Made by a program: the position numbers and the translations under genes
Shown: positions 1-7,961 of the stretch, piece after piece
How positions within the stretch are numbered: position 1 is the first letter of the stretch
Layout: every line of letters begins with the position of its first letter
Source of the DNA: a virus
Taxonomy: Duplodnaviria; Caudoviricetes
Virus record (IMG/VR): IMGVR_UViG_3300050014_000171
Coordinates: 1 to 37,496 of that record
Reading direction: 5' to 3' (one strand)
DNA: 37,496 nt
The notes under the pieces: generated by a model
What the model was told of the DNA's origin: nothing
The model's input: only the letters and a program-made list of their open reading frames with translations
The model's database searches: none

Positions 1-635
1 AAAGCTACATTATATACGCAGATCAAGCAGCATGCCGGCATACGCGCATATATATGATAGTATTGTGTGCCAGATTGATATAGTGCGAGAGTAAGCGTGT
101 ATTATGATGGTGTATTATGATTGATGGATTATTAAGCTCCATCTGACCATGTAAAAAATAGTTATCACGATGATAATTAATTATCACACTAATCATCGGC
201 TTAACCGATCAATTATTATTTCCATATTTGATATACATTATATGCATTAATATACATTAAATACTGCATAATTATACTGTATATTAGTGCTGGATATCAG
301 CAAGTAATCAGGTAACATATATCCAAGTGCGTACAAATGGCATAGATTAGCCATCTATAGGGCATTGTCTGACCTTCTCTGATTTATACCAAATAGTTAT
401 TTTGTATAGTTCGATGTATAAATCGCAAGGAACTCCCTGCACACATTTTCCAAAAAAGTGAAGCCAGTGAAGCCATTAAAGGGTGGATTTGCCATCAAAT
501 AGGTTGAAAAGAAGGGCGGGGGGGCTTGGTTTCGCAAGGCATCCCCCCCGGTTTCAGGAAAGTACTTATATACTCCCTCTCCATATTTTCTTCATTCTAC
601 TTTTTTACTATTAAGTTGCACAAATGGCAACTCAA

Positions 636-651
636 ATACAACATATAGTGT
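636..651 (-). promoter_or_regulatory. possible NrdR box
   Basis: Reverse strand ACACTATATGTTGTAT resembles consensus acaCwAtATaTwGtgt; only one copy seen. Confidence 0.35.
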
Positions 652-689
652 ATACTTCGCTTTCATGTCGCATGATGTCAGTCACAATG

Positions 690-718
690 TTGCATATTGC
701 GCCTACTTGTAATATAAT
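690..718 (+). promoter_or_regulatory. sigma-A type promoter upstream of the wHTH gene and packaging region
   Basis: TTGCAT (690-695), 17-nt spacer, TATAAT (713-718). Confidence 0.7.
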
Positions 719-893
719 GTAATTGGGTAGAGATACCAGGCAGGATATAATGCTCGGTTAATAAACGCGGGTGGAGCGCAAGAGCATAACGGGTGCTGGG
801 TTATTATATACGTATAGGGGAGTAAGCACCCGATTGGGTTTTTAAAACACCCTTAAATGGCTAAGTTACGCCAAGAGTAGACACCTTAAGAAC

Positions 894-940
894 ATACGAA
901 AAAATCGTCAAAATCGACCATGTTTATACGAAAAAATCGT
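894..940 (+). repeat. two identical 15-bp direct repeats, candidate operator or iterons
   Basis: ATACGAAAAAATCGT at 894-908 and 926-940, 32 bp apart; each contains the inverted repeat ACGA-N5-TCGT. Confidence 0.75.
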
Positions 941-952
941 AGGTGAAAAATA

Positions 953-1495
953 ATGCAAAAGGCCGTAAAAATCACGAACTATATTAATCCTGAAACTGGT
1001 GAAGTACATGATGTCAGTTCGTTTGTAGATATGCAATTTGATGATAATGGCTATTTATTTTGGGCGAAGAAGAGTAATGTACGAACATTTTTAGAAGTCC
1101 CATTGCCCGATACGTTCACCTGGGCCGAACGTGGGCGCATAGAAGCATTAAGGCATTACATCCTAAAGGATAACCAACTACTTGTATATCGTTCTCATGG
1201 TTCAATTAGACCGCTTTCAGAACTGGAAATAAGTAACATACTCCAGATGTCGCATCGGCAATGTAGAATTTTGATAAACAAAATGGTCGATAATCACATC
1301 ATTAAGTCAGTGAGAATATCCGGAATCACATACTATGCATTTAATCCCCTTTATGGCGTGAAGGATAAACGATTAAGTATTCAGGTGTTTATCATATTTC
1401 AGGAGGAGTTGCAACTGGTATTACCGCAATGGGTGATATTAAAGTTTGTGGCACAAGCCGAAGAATTAAAACCAATGATTGAGATATTAAAGTAA
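953..1495 (+). CDS. winged-HTH DNA-binding protein resembling the Firmicute RepL replication/maintenance family
   Basis: N-terminal INPETGEV, HTH-like SELEISNILQMSHRQCRILINKMVDNHII and wing YYAFNPLY; SD AGGTG. Confidence 0.55.
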   Translation: MQKAVKITNYINPETGEVHDVSSFVDMQFDDNGYLFWAKKSNVRTFLEVPLPDTFTWAERGRIEALRHYILKDNQLLVYRSHGSIRPLSELEISNILQMSHRQCRILINKMVDNHIIKSVRISGITYYAFNPLYGVKDKRLSIQVFIIFQEELQLVLPQWVILKFVAQAEELKPMIEILK

Positions 1496-1499
1496 ATAC

Positions 1500-1576
1500 G
1501 CATGTGGTGGCAGGTAAATACCTGAGCGGAGGTTTTAAAATCCTCGTCGCAATGATGAAAAGCATTGCCCACATGC
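1500..1576 (+). ncRNA. non-canonical tRNA-like cloverleaf
   Basis: 8-bp closing stem GCATGTGG/CCACATGC enclosing three hairpins: CAGGT-AAAT-ACCTG, GAGG-TTTTAAAAT-CCTC and GCAATG-ATGAAAAG-CATTGC; no TTC loop and no CCA. Confidence 0.5.
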
Positions 1577-1589
1577 TTATTTTAAAAGA

Positions 1590-1640
1590 CCTCAGCACGC
1601 CTATGAATAAAGCGTACCACGCTGAGGCATTTAAGTGGTA
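1590..1640 (+). ncRNA. candidate pseudoknotted RNA module
   Basis: CCTCAGC/GCTGAGG stem, internal ACGC/GCGT hairpin; unpaired ACCAC (1616-1620) is complementary to downstream GTGGT (1635-1639). Confidence 0.4.
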
Positions 1641-1810
1641 GTTAAAGGCTATGCATGGCCGATTACTGCAAGACCGCATGTGGGGGCAGCGTTGCGACGC
1701 TATTCTACATACCCAGTATCAATGCGGAACGTGCGCTGACAGAGGCAATGCGCACAATAATTTAATATTTTCTGCATTGTGCAGCCCATGGCTGGGTTAT
1801 CAGCCAAACG

Positions 1811-1850
1811 AAGGGGTGCAATGCAATTGTGTTGTGCCCCTTATTTTTAT
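1811..1850 (+). terminator. intrinsic terminator/attenuator immediately upstream of terS
   Basis: 14-bp stem 1811-1824/1829-1842 with four G-U pairs, followed by ATTTTTAT; overlaps an alternative helix 1773-1782/1816-1825. Confidence 0.55.
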
Positions 1851-1868
1851 TCATGGGAGGTAATCTTT

Positions 1869-2288
1869 ATGGCATTTCAAAAAGGAAGAGCGAAATACAA
1901 GTGGCCGGATGATTATGAAGAACTTAAAAATGATATTGATGATTATGTCCGTAACACATCAATAATTGTTAAAAATCTTCGTGGACTGCGCCGGTATTTA
2001 AAAGATGTCACAAAGGAAACTTTCAGCGAGTGGCAGACCAACCTTAAAAAATACGGCAACCAAACATACGGAACTGATAACGATACAAGTTATCGTCACC
2101 TTTTAGAAGATGCTTACGATGATATTTGCAACGATCTGCTCCAAAGTGGAGCAGCGGCAAATGGTAAAACTACAATGCAAGCAATGGAACTTAATAAGTC
2201 TTTTGGGTATAACCGCCAGGACGACAACCAAACTCAGGTTAAAATCCAGATAGAATTGCCGGAAGAAATGAAACAATATGCCAAGTAA
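1869..2288 (+). CDS. probable terminase small subunit
   Basis: Overlaps the terL start; SD GGGAGG before ATG 1869; 139 aa, helical, C-terminal VKIQIELPEE tail; call is mainly positional. Confidence 0.65.
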   Translation: MAFQKGRAKYKWPDDYEELKNDIDDYVRNTSIIVKNLRGLRRYLKDVTKETFSEWQTNLKKYGNQTYGTDNDTSYRHLLEDAYDDICNDLLQSGAAANGKTTMQAMELNKSFGYNRQDDNQTQVKIQIELPEEMKQYAK

Positions 2289-3708
2289 GTATTTAAAGTT
2301 TGCCAGTAAAATAAAGTTTGACGGTACACCTTCCGAAAGACAAAAACTGTTCTTGACCGATGAACACAAATACATAGCATATGGCGGTGCCCGGGGCGGC
2401 GGGAAATCATGGAGTATAAGAGAAAAGACCAAATTACTTGCTATACAGTATCCGGGAATTAGAATGTTGTTGCTTCGCCGTACACTCGGAGAACTGTACG
2501 AAAATCATACGATTCCATTGGTTCATGACCTAAACGGAATTGCCACATATAGGGATAGTGAGAAGTGTTTTAACTTTGTGAACGGCAGCCGCCTTAAACT
2601 CGGATATTGCGACATCGAAACAGATGTTGAGCATTATCAGGGCAATGAATATGACGTTATTTTCATGGATGAAGGTACGCAGTTTACGGAATATCAATTC
2701 AGATGTCTTTCTGCTTGCGTCAGAGGTGGAAGTCCTAACCATCCCAAAAGAATGTATGTCACATGCAACCCAGGTGGCGTCGGTCACGAGTGGGTAAAAA
2801 GATTATTCATAGATAAATCCTATACGGAAGATGAAAACCCTGCCGACTATTCGTTTATTCCTGCAAAGGTATATGACAATGATTATCTGATGAAGAATAA
2901 TCCCGAATATTTGAAAACCCTTAAATCACTTCCACTTGAACTTAGGGAAGCGTGGCTAAATGGTGAATGGGATACGTTCGTAGGTAAATATTTCACAGAA
3001 TTTTCAAAGGAAAATCACGTCATTGAACCGTTTCCCATATCGAAAGATTACCGTCGATATTATGTGAACGATTACGGTCTTGATGCTCTCGCGGGATTGT
3101 GGATTGCAGTTTCACCGGATGAAACGGCCTATGTCTACAAAGAAGTTTTTAATGGAAAAGACGCTGAAAACAGTGTGGGTCTGACAGTAAGTGAAGCTGC
3201 GAAACTCATAAAAACACTTGAGGGCAGTGATAAGCCGGACTTGCGTATTGCGCCCCCTGATTTATGGAGCAGACAAAAAGACAGCGGAAAAAGTGTAATA
3301 GAGATATTTTCTGACAATGGAATTTATTTTGCAAAATCAGATAACAGCCGTATTGCGGGATGGATGGCACTCAGAGAATGGTTGAAGGTTGGATACAAGC
3401 CGGATGGAACTCCATTTACAAAACTAAAGATATTTTCAAATTGCGTCAACCTAATTAGATGTTTACCACTTATGCAGTTTGATAAAAAAGATGGAAATGA
3501 CGCTGCAAAAGAACCGCATAAAATATCTCATCTGCCTGACGCCTTGAGATATTGGGCAATATCAAGACCGTGTAGTGCAGTAATAAACGAACCCGAACCA
3601 CAATTTCCATTTCAGTCAATGCAGGATGATTACGACAGCATTCATCACGGTGATGAAATATACGATGGCGAGGTAACGGATGATTACCTTATGGGGGATT
3701 GGAATTGA
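2278..3708 (+). CDS. terL: terminase large subunit
   Basis: Walker A YGGARGGGKS, Walker B IFMDEGTQF, coupling motif TCNPGG, nuclease DYG...HLPDALRY. Confidence 0.95.
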   Translation: MPSKYLKFASKIKFDGTPSERQKLFLTDEHKYIAYGGARGGGKSWSIREKTKLLAIQYPGIRMLLLRRTLGELYENHTIPLVHDLNGIATYRDSEKCFNFVNGSRLKLGYCDIETDVEHYQGNEYDVIFMDEGTQFTEYQFRCLSACVRGGSPNHPKRMYVTCNPGGVGHEWVKRLFIDKSYTEDENPADYSFIPAKVYDNDYLMKNNPEYLKTLKSLPLELREAWLNGEWDTFVGKYFTEFSKENHVIEPFPISKDYRRYYVNDYGLDALAGLWIAVSPDETAYVYKEVFNGKDAENSVGLTVSEAAKLIKTLEGSDKPDLRIAPPDLWSRQKDSGKSVIEIFSDNGIYFAKSDNSRIAGWMALREWLKVGYKPDGTPFTKLKIFSNCVNLIRCLPLMQFDKKDGNDAAKEPHKISHLPDALRYWAISRPCSAVINEPEPQFPFQSMQDDYDSIHHGDEIYDGEVTDDYLMGDWN

Positions 3709-3983
3709 TTGATATATTAATCGGAATTGCTTGCGGAATGATAGTATGCGCCTTTGGTATGTGGTGCTTTATACATGGGCAAAGGAACGTCATATCCTTG
3801 ACACGAAACGAATTACCGGAGCAGATAAAAAGCCCCGCCACAACGGTCGTAGAGGCTGCGAAGGGTATTAAAGAAAACATTGAAACAAATAAGTCTGCAA
3901 AAGACTATAACATTCAACTTGATAACTTTTTTAATTACAGCGGAGAACTCCCCACCGACAGGGAAACTGGAGAAGGTGAATAG
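3699..3983 (+). CDS. small membrane-anchored protein between terL and portal
   Basis: N-terminal hydrophobic segment ILIGIACGMIVCAFGMWCFI; overlaps terL end. Confidence 0.65.
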   Translation: MELIDILIGIACGMIVCAFGMWCFIHGQRNVISLTRNELPEQIKSPATTVVEAAKGIKENIETNKSAKDYNIQLDNFFNYSGELPTDRETGEGE

Positions 3984-3985
3984 AA

Positions 3986-5830
3986 TTGGCAAAATCAAAC
4001 GCGCCTGACATTGATACCGTATATAACGATTACCAGGCCGGTATCAATTATAAAAATACAATAAACCTTTACAACACCACAGAACGTAATGAGAGATTTT
4101 ATGCGGGCGATCAGTGGAGTGGTTCAAACTCTCCCGACCTTCCGAAGCCCGTTATCAATTTCATAGGACGTGCTTGCGATCAGAAAATAGCGCAATTAAC
4201 ACAGAACAATGCGTCTATTGTTTTCACCGCCCCTGATTGGCCTGCGGACGTGGTAACACCCGAAGTTGCACAGCAGCAAAATGAAAAAACCGCTCAAACA
4301 ATAGCCGGCAATAAACCTGTTGATATTCTTGAATCCGAGGCCGATTGCAATAAACTTTCGGGAATGTTTGAGATTGATTGGGACAGGCTCAACATGGATT
4401 CCATAAGTCAAAACGGTTTACTTGATGCTTGTATTTCTGGTGACTTTATCCTATTCAACTATTGGGACGCAGAAGCAGAAACGGGACAGGACGCAAAGGG
4501 ACATATTAACGTCGAAACAATCGACAACGTGAACTATTATCCTGGGAATGTCAATGAGGTTGACTCTCAAAAACAGCCATATATAATCATTGCTCGCCGT
4601 GAAATGGTTAATGATGTAAAGGCGGAAGCAAAGGCCAATGGTGCAAAACCGGACGACCTCGATATGATACATAACGACATGAATTACATGTGGCAATCAG
4701 GCGATATGGCCCACTATGAACTGCGGGACAATGAGGACGGGAAAACTATTACACTGCTTTATCTGTGGAGAAACAGAGATACAGGCACAATATGGGCACA
4801 AAAAAGCGTTAAAAATATGGTAATAAGACCTGCATGGGACATTAAAACGAAACGGTATCCAATTGCTTTAATGAATTGGAAACTTCGCAAAAATTCATGT
4901 CATGGACGTGCGGAAATCACCGGATTGATACCAAATCAGGTGGCTATAAACAAAATCCTTGCGATTATCATTCTCTATATGCTTCGGAATGGTTCGCCAA
5001 AAGTCATTTACAGCCGTTCCGCTGGTATCCAGAAATGGGACAACTCCCTGACAAAACCTATAGCTGTAAATGGGGATGTAAATGCTGCCGCGAAATATTT
5101 GCCAGTTGCTTCAATGGCTGCCGATGCCTACAGTTTGCCGACTACGCTCTTGAATATGACCGAGCAAATGATGGGTGCAAATGATGTCGCAATGGGAACG
5201 GTATCCTATAGGAACGCCTATGCTCAATTACTTGCCAAATTGCAACAGGAAGCACCGGCAAGAACCATCAGAAACAGATATTACAATCTCATTCGTGATT
5301 TTGCTTTGAATTGGCTCGATATGACACTTGCTTATTATAAAACTTCAAGATGGGTACAGATAGTAGACAACGTTGGCAACAAATACATAACAGATTTTGA
5401 CCCAGAAAAGGCGAGAGGCAAGATCTGGAACATTGATATCAACATTGGCGAAGCTCCTGAATGGTCGGAAAGTGTCATTCTTGAACAACTTGGAAATGCT
5501 TTACAGACCGGGGCAATTGACTTTCCGACATATTTACAACTCATGCCGGAAGATTATTTCCCGAACAAAGAGGATATTCTTCAAAAGTTTATGGCGCGTC
5601 AGCAGCAACAGGCGCAAATGTCGGGAAATGGCAAAAAACCGCCTAGTGTCAGTATTAACCTTAAAGATTTACCGCCCGATGGTCAAATGCAGGCCGCACA
5701 AGAAGCGGGAATACAACTCAATCCGCAGGATTATCAACAGCAACCACAACAACCACAGATAGGTCAGCAACCGCAACAGGGGCAGCAAATACCGTCTCAA
5801 TTACTACAACAAATTACAGGAGGAAGATAA
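3986..5830 (+). CDS. portal protein, P22-like/podovirus type
   Basis: ERFYAGDQW and PVINFI motifs, LIPNQVAINK helix, Gln-rich C-terminus, position after terL. Confidence 0.9.
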   Translation: MAKSNAPDIDTVYNDYQAGINYKNTINLYNTTERNERFYAGDQWSGSNSPDLPKPVINFIGRACDQKIAQLTQNNASIVFTAPDWPADVVTPEVAQQQNEKTAQTIAGNKPVDILESEADCNKLSGMFEIDWDRLNMDSISQNGLLDACISGDFILFNYWDAEAETGQDAKGHINVETIDNVNYYPGNVNEVDSQKQPYIIIARREMVNDVKAEAKANGAKPDDLDMIHNDMNYMWQSGDMAHYELRDNEDGKTITLLYLWRNRDTGTIWAQKSVKNMVIRPAWDIKTKRYPIALMNWKLRKNSCHGRAEITGLIPNQVAINKILAIIILYMLRNGSPKVIYSRSAGIQKWDNSLTKPIAVNGDVNAAAKYLPVASMAADAYSLPTTLLNMTEQMMGANDVAMGTVSYRNAYAQLLAKLQQEAPARTIRNRYYNLIRDFALNWLDMTLAYYKTSRWVQIVDNVGNKYITDFDPEKARGKIWNIDINIGEAPEWSESVILEQLGNALQTGAIDFPTYLQLMPEDYFPNKEDILQKFMARQQQQAQMSGNGKKPPSVSINLKDLPPDGQMQAAQEAGIQLNPQDYQQQPQQPQIGQQPQQGQQIPSQLLQQITGGR

Positions 5831-5832
5831 AA

Positions 5833-6075
5833 ATGGCTAAATCATCACCGGCGGCAAAACCGGCAAAAGCACTTAAAACATTTCAGGGAAAGTCAACAAA
5901 ACTTGGTGGCGGCGGAAAGTTCGCCAAAGGCGTAGCCGACATTGAAGCCAAGGGAACGCCTCCGGCAGAAGCCTCAGCGATTATGGCAAATGCGGGACGC
6001 GCAAAGTTGGGTGCGGCTAAATTTCAGAAACTTGCGGTAGCGGGAAAGAAAAGAGCCGCAAAATCAGGCAAATAA
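5833..6075 (+). CDS. small Lys/Ala-rich basic protein
   Basis: SD AGGAGG, 80 aa, strongly basic. Confidence 0.7.
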   Translation: MAKSSPAAKPAKALKTFQGKSTKLGGGGKFAKGVADIEAKGTPPAEASAIMANAGRAKLGAAKFQKLAVAGKKRAAKSGK

Positions 6076-6096
6076 TTCTTAATTTTTGATATATCT

Positions 6097-6122
6097 CGCA
6101 TGGGAATAGCGCAAAAATCCCA
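6097..6122 (+). promoter_or_regulatory. candidate H-type pseudoknot in scaffold gene leader
   Basis: CGC(6097-6099)/GCG(6109-6111) crossed by TGGGA(6101-6105)/TCCCA(6118-6122), A-rich loop, just before the SD. Confidence 0.4.
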
Positions 6123-6137
6123 ATTTGAAAGGAAAGT

Positions 6138-7058
6138 ATGGCAGAAGAAGTATTAGGCGTAAACGTTGCGGAACCCGCCGCTCCGCAGAATATAGCAGAA
6201 TCCGCAGACATAGGCGCAAGTGTTACCGAGAATCAGCCGGCACAGGTTGAACAAGGTACGTCTGCAACCGCCGAGCAGATAACGCAACAGTCAGCAGAAG
6301 AAAACGCAATACAGGCAGAAATCAGGCGACAGGCAGAGGCCGACAAAGCGATAGCCGATATGGCAGAACTTTACGGAATACCAAACGTAAAGTCAAGGGC
6401 CGATTTAAGACAGGCAAAATTAGCTAAGTTGTCTGGCATTCAAATTAAATCGTCCGTTCCCGCCGCAGATATTTCAGTTGCGCTTACGCCGCAGGAACAG
6501 GCGGGCATACAGAATGAATATAACTCTATGTATGCTCAGTATGTGAATGATGGCGCGCCTGAAAGTGTTGCTCTGGCCCTTGCAAAGTCTTTTGTTGACA
6601 ACAAAACAAACGCCATTCTCGCAGAAAAAAGAACTCAGGCAGAGCAAACACAGGCCAAACAGCGTGGTTATATCGACAGCATTATCCGTGACAATCCTGA
6701 GTTTTATAAGAATGGAAAAGTCGACGTTCCGTCGGAAGTCATAGACGGCATTCAGCAAATTCAGCTTTCCGGTCTTGCCGACAATCCGTATTCGGCCTAT
6801 CAGATGTATAAGTCAAACAAAACACAAGAGAATTTGAAGCAGGAATTGGAAAAGTTGAAAGCTACAATTGCCGTGAAAGAGGGAAATACCGAAAATGCGG
6901 CTGCGACAACAGGAAGTGCATCATCGGGAAGTCCCGCGGCAGAAAAGGATTTTTACACATCTAAGGAATGGGATGAACTTTATAAAAGCAATCCCGAATT
7001 AGGAAAAAAGATGATCCGTGACGGCAGATTTGATAAATTTGCTGCCAAATGGAAATAG
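6138..7058 (+). CDS. capsid scaffolding protein
   Basis: Acidic low-complexity N-terminus, coiled-coil character, directly upstream of the coat gene. Confidence 0.7.
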   Translation: MAEEVLGVNVAEPAAPQNIAESADIGASVTENQPAQVEQGTSATAEQITQQSAEENAIQAEIRRQAEADKAIADMAELYGIPNVKSRADLRQAKLAKLSGIQIKSSVPAADISVALTPQEQAGIQNEYNSMYAQYVNDGAPESVALALAKSFVDNKTNAILAEKRTQAEQTQAKQRGYIDSIIRDNPEFYKNGKVDVPSEVIDGIQQIQLSGLADNPYSAYQMYKSNKTQENLKQELEKLKATIAVKEGNTENAAATTGSASSGSPAAEKDFYTSKEWDELYKSNPELGKKMIRDGRFDKFAAKWK

Positions 7059-7075
7059 AAAAGGAGTGTTAATTA

Positions 7076-7948
7076 ATGGCATATACAAACTTTAAACCGG
7101 AAGTATGGAGCGAATCCGTGCTGATGGCTCGTGACCGTAAAATTATAGCGGTTCAGAATTCGTGGAGGCAGTTTGAGGGCGACATTAAGAAATATGGCGA
7201 CAGGGTACATATTACCGGACTGACCGGTGCGACAATCAAGGATATTCCATCGACCGGAGTTCTTGATGACCCCGAAGTGATAACTGATGACGGGATGGAA
7301 CTCATCATCGACCAGAGAAAATATTTCAACTTTAAGGTTGACGATATCGACCAGTTGCAGAGCGACGTCCAGGTTCGCGGTTCCATCACATCGAAAACCG
7401 GTAATTTCTATGCGGTCAAACAGGATTCCCTTGTTTATGGACTTGTTGTTTCCGCTGCCGCTGCCGGAGGTCTGACCGTTGACGGTTACACGGTAACTAC
7501 CGACAAAACCAACATACTCTCAGTTCTCAGCAATGCTATTGCTATGGTGCAGAGCAATGACGGCGACGGTACGTTCATGGAAGTTCATCCGTACGTGTTC
7601 CAACTCTTGCAGCAGGCGATTACCGCTATCCAGATGCCTAATGACCAGCTCATTCAGAATGGCCTTAAAGGTATGTTGTGGGACAACAAAGTGTTCATGT
7701 CTGCGAATATTCCGGTAACTACCGACGCGACAGGCGCAACAGCGGCAACCCCCGGCGCGACAGGTGCAATCTATCATTGCATCGTCAGAACGCAGGAAGC
7801 CATAGCCTTTGCCGAGCAGAAAGCCCTTTCCATGGAAGCCTGCAGACAGGAAAAAGGCTTCGCAGATGTCATCAAGGGATTTGGTCTGTACGGTGCAAAA
7901 ATCGTCCGTCCAACCGAACTTGTCGATGTCAAAATAAAGATTAAATAA
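7076..7948 (+). CDS. major capsid protein, P22 coat-like family
   Basis: NFKPEVWS, FEGDIKKYGDRVHI, LIIDQRKYFNFKVDDID and FADVIKGFGLYGAKIVRP motifs. Confidence 0.9.
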   Translation: MAYTNFKPEVWSESVLMARDRKIIAVQNSWRQFEGDIKKYGDRVHITGLTGATIKDIPSTGVLDDPEVITDDGMELIIDQRKYFNFKVDDIDQLQSDVQVRGSITSKTGNFYAVKQDSLVYGLVVSAAAAGGLTVDGYTVTTDKTNILSVLSNAIAMVQSNDGDGTFMEVHPYVFQLLQQAITAIQMPNDQLIQNGLKGMLWDNKVFMSANIPVTTDATGATAATPGATGAIYHCIVRTQEAIAFAEQKALSMEACRQEKGFADVIKGFGLYGAKIVRPTELVDVKIKIK

Positions 7949-7961
7949 GGAGATGTAAAAT

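Noticed and set aside
171-186. Fur box
   Set aside because: Spacing is 7-2-7 rather than 7-1-7 and no adjacent promoter or iron-related gene was seen
1500-1576. Canonical tRNA-Leu(UAA) gene
   Set aside because: No TTCRA T-loop, no D-loop GG, no long variable arm, wrong stem lengths and no CCA; kept only as tRNA-like
1541-1640. HDV-like/theta ribozyme next to the tRNA-like element
   Set aside because: TCCTCGT resembles an HDV L3 loop but has no flanking P3 pairing, and the downstream pseudoknot lacks the P3/L3/P1.1 order
1392-1863. ORFs 1392-1679 (-) and 1651-1863 (+), and the 1779 upstream extension of terS
   Set aside because: No convincing SD or protein motifs; the region is better explained as structured RNA, and terS has a strong SD at 1855
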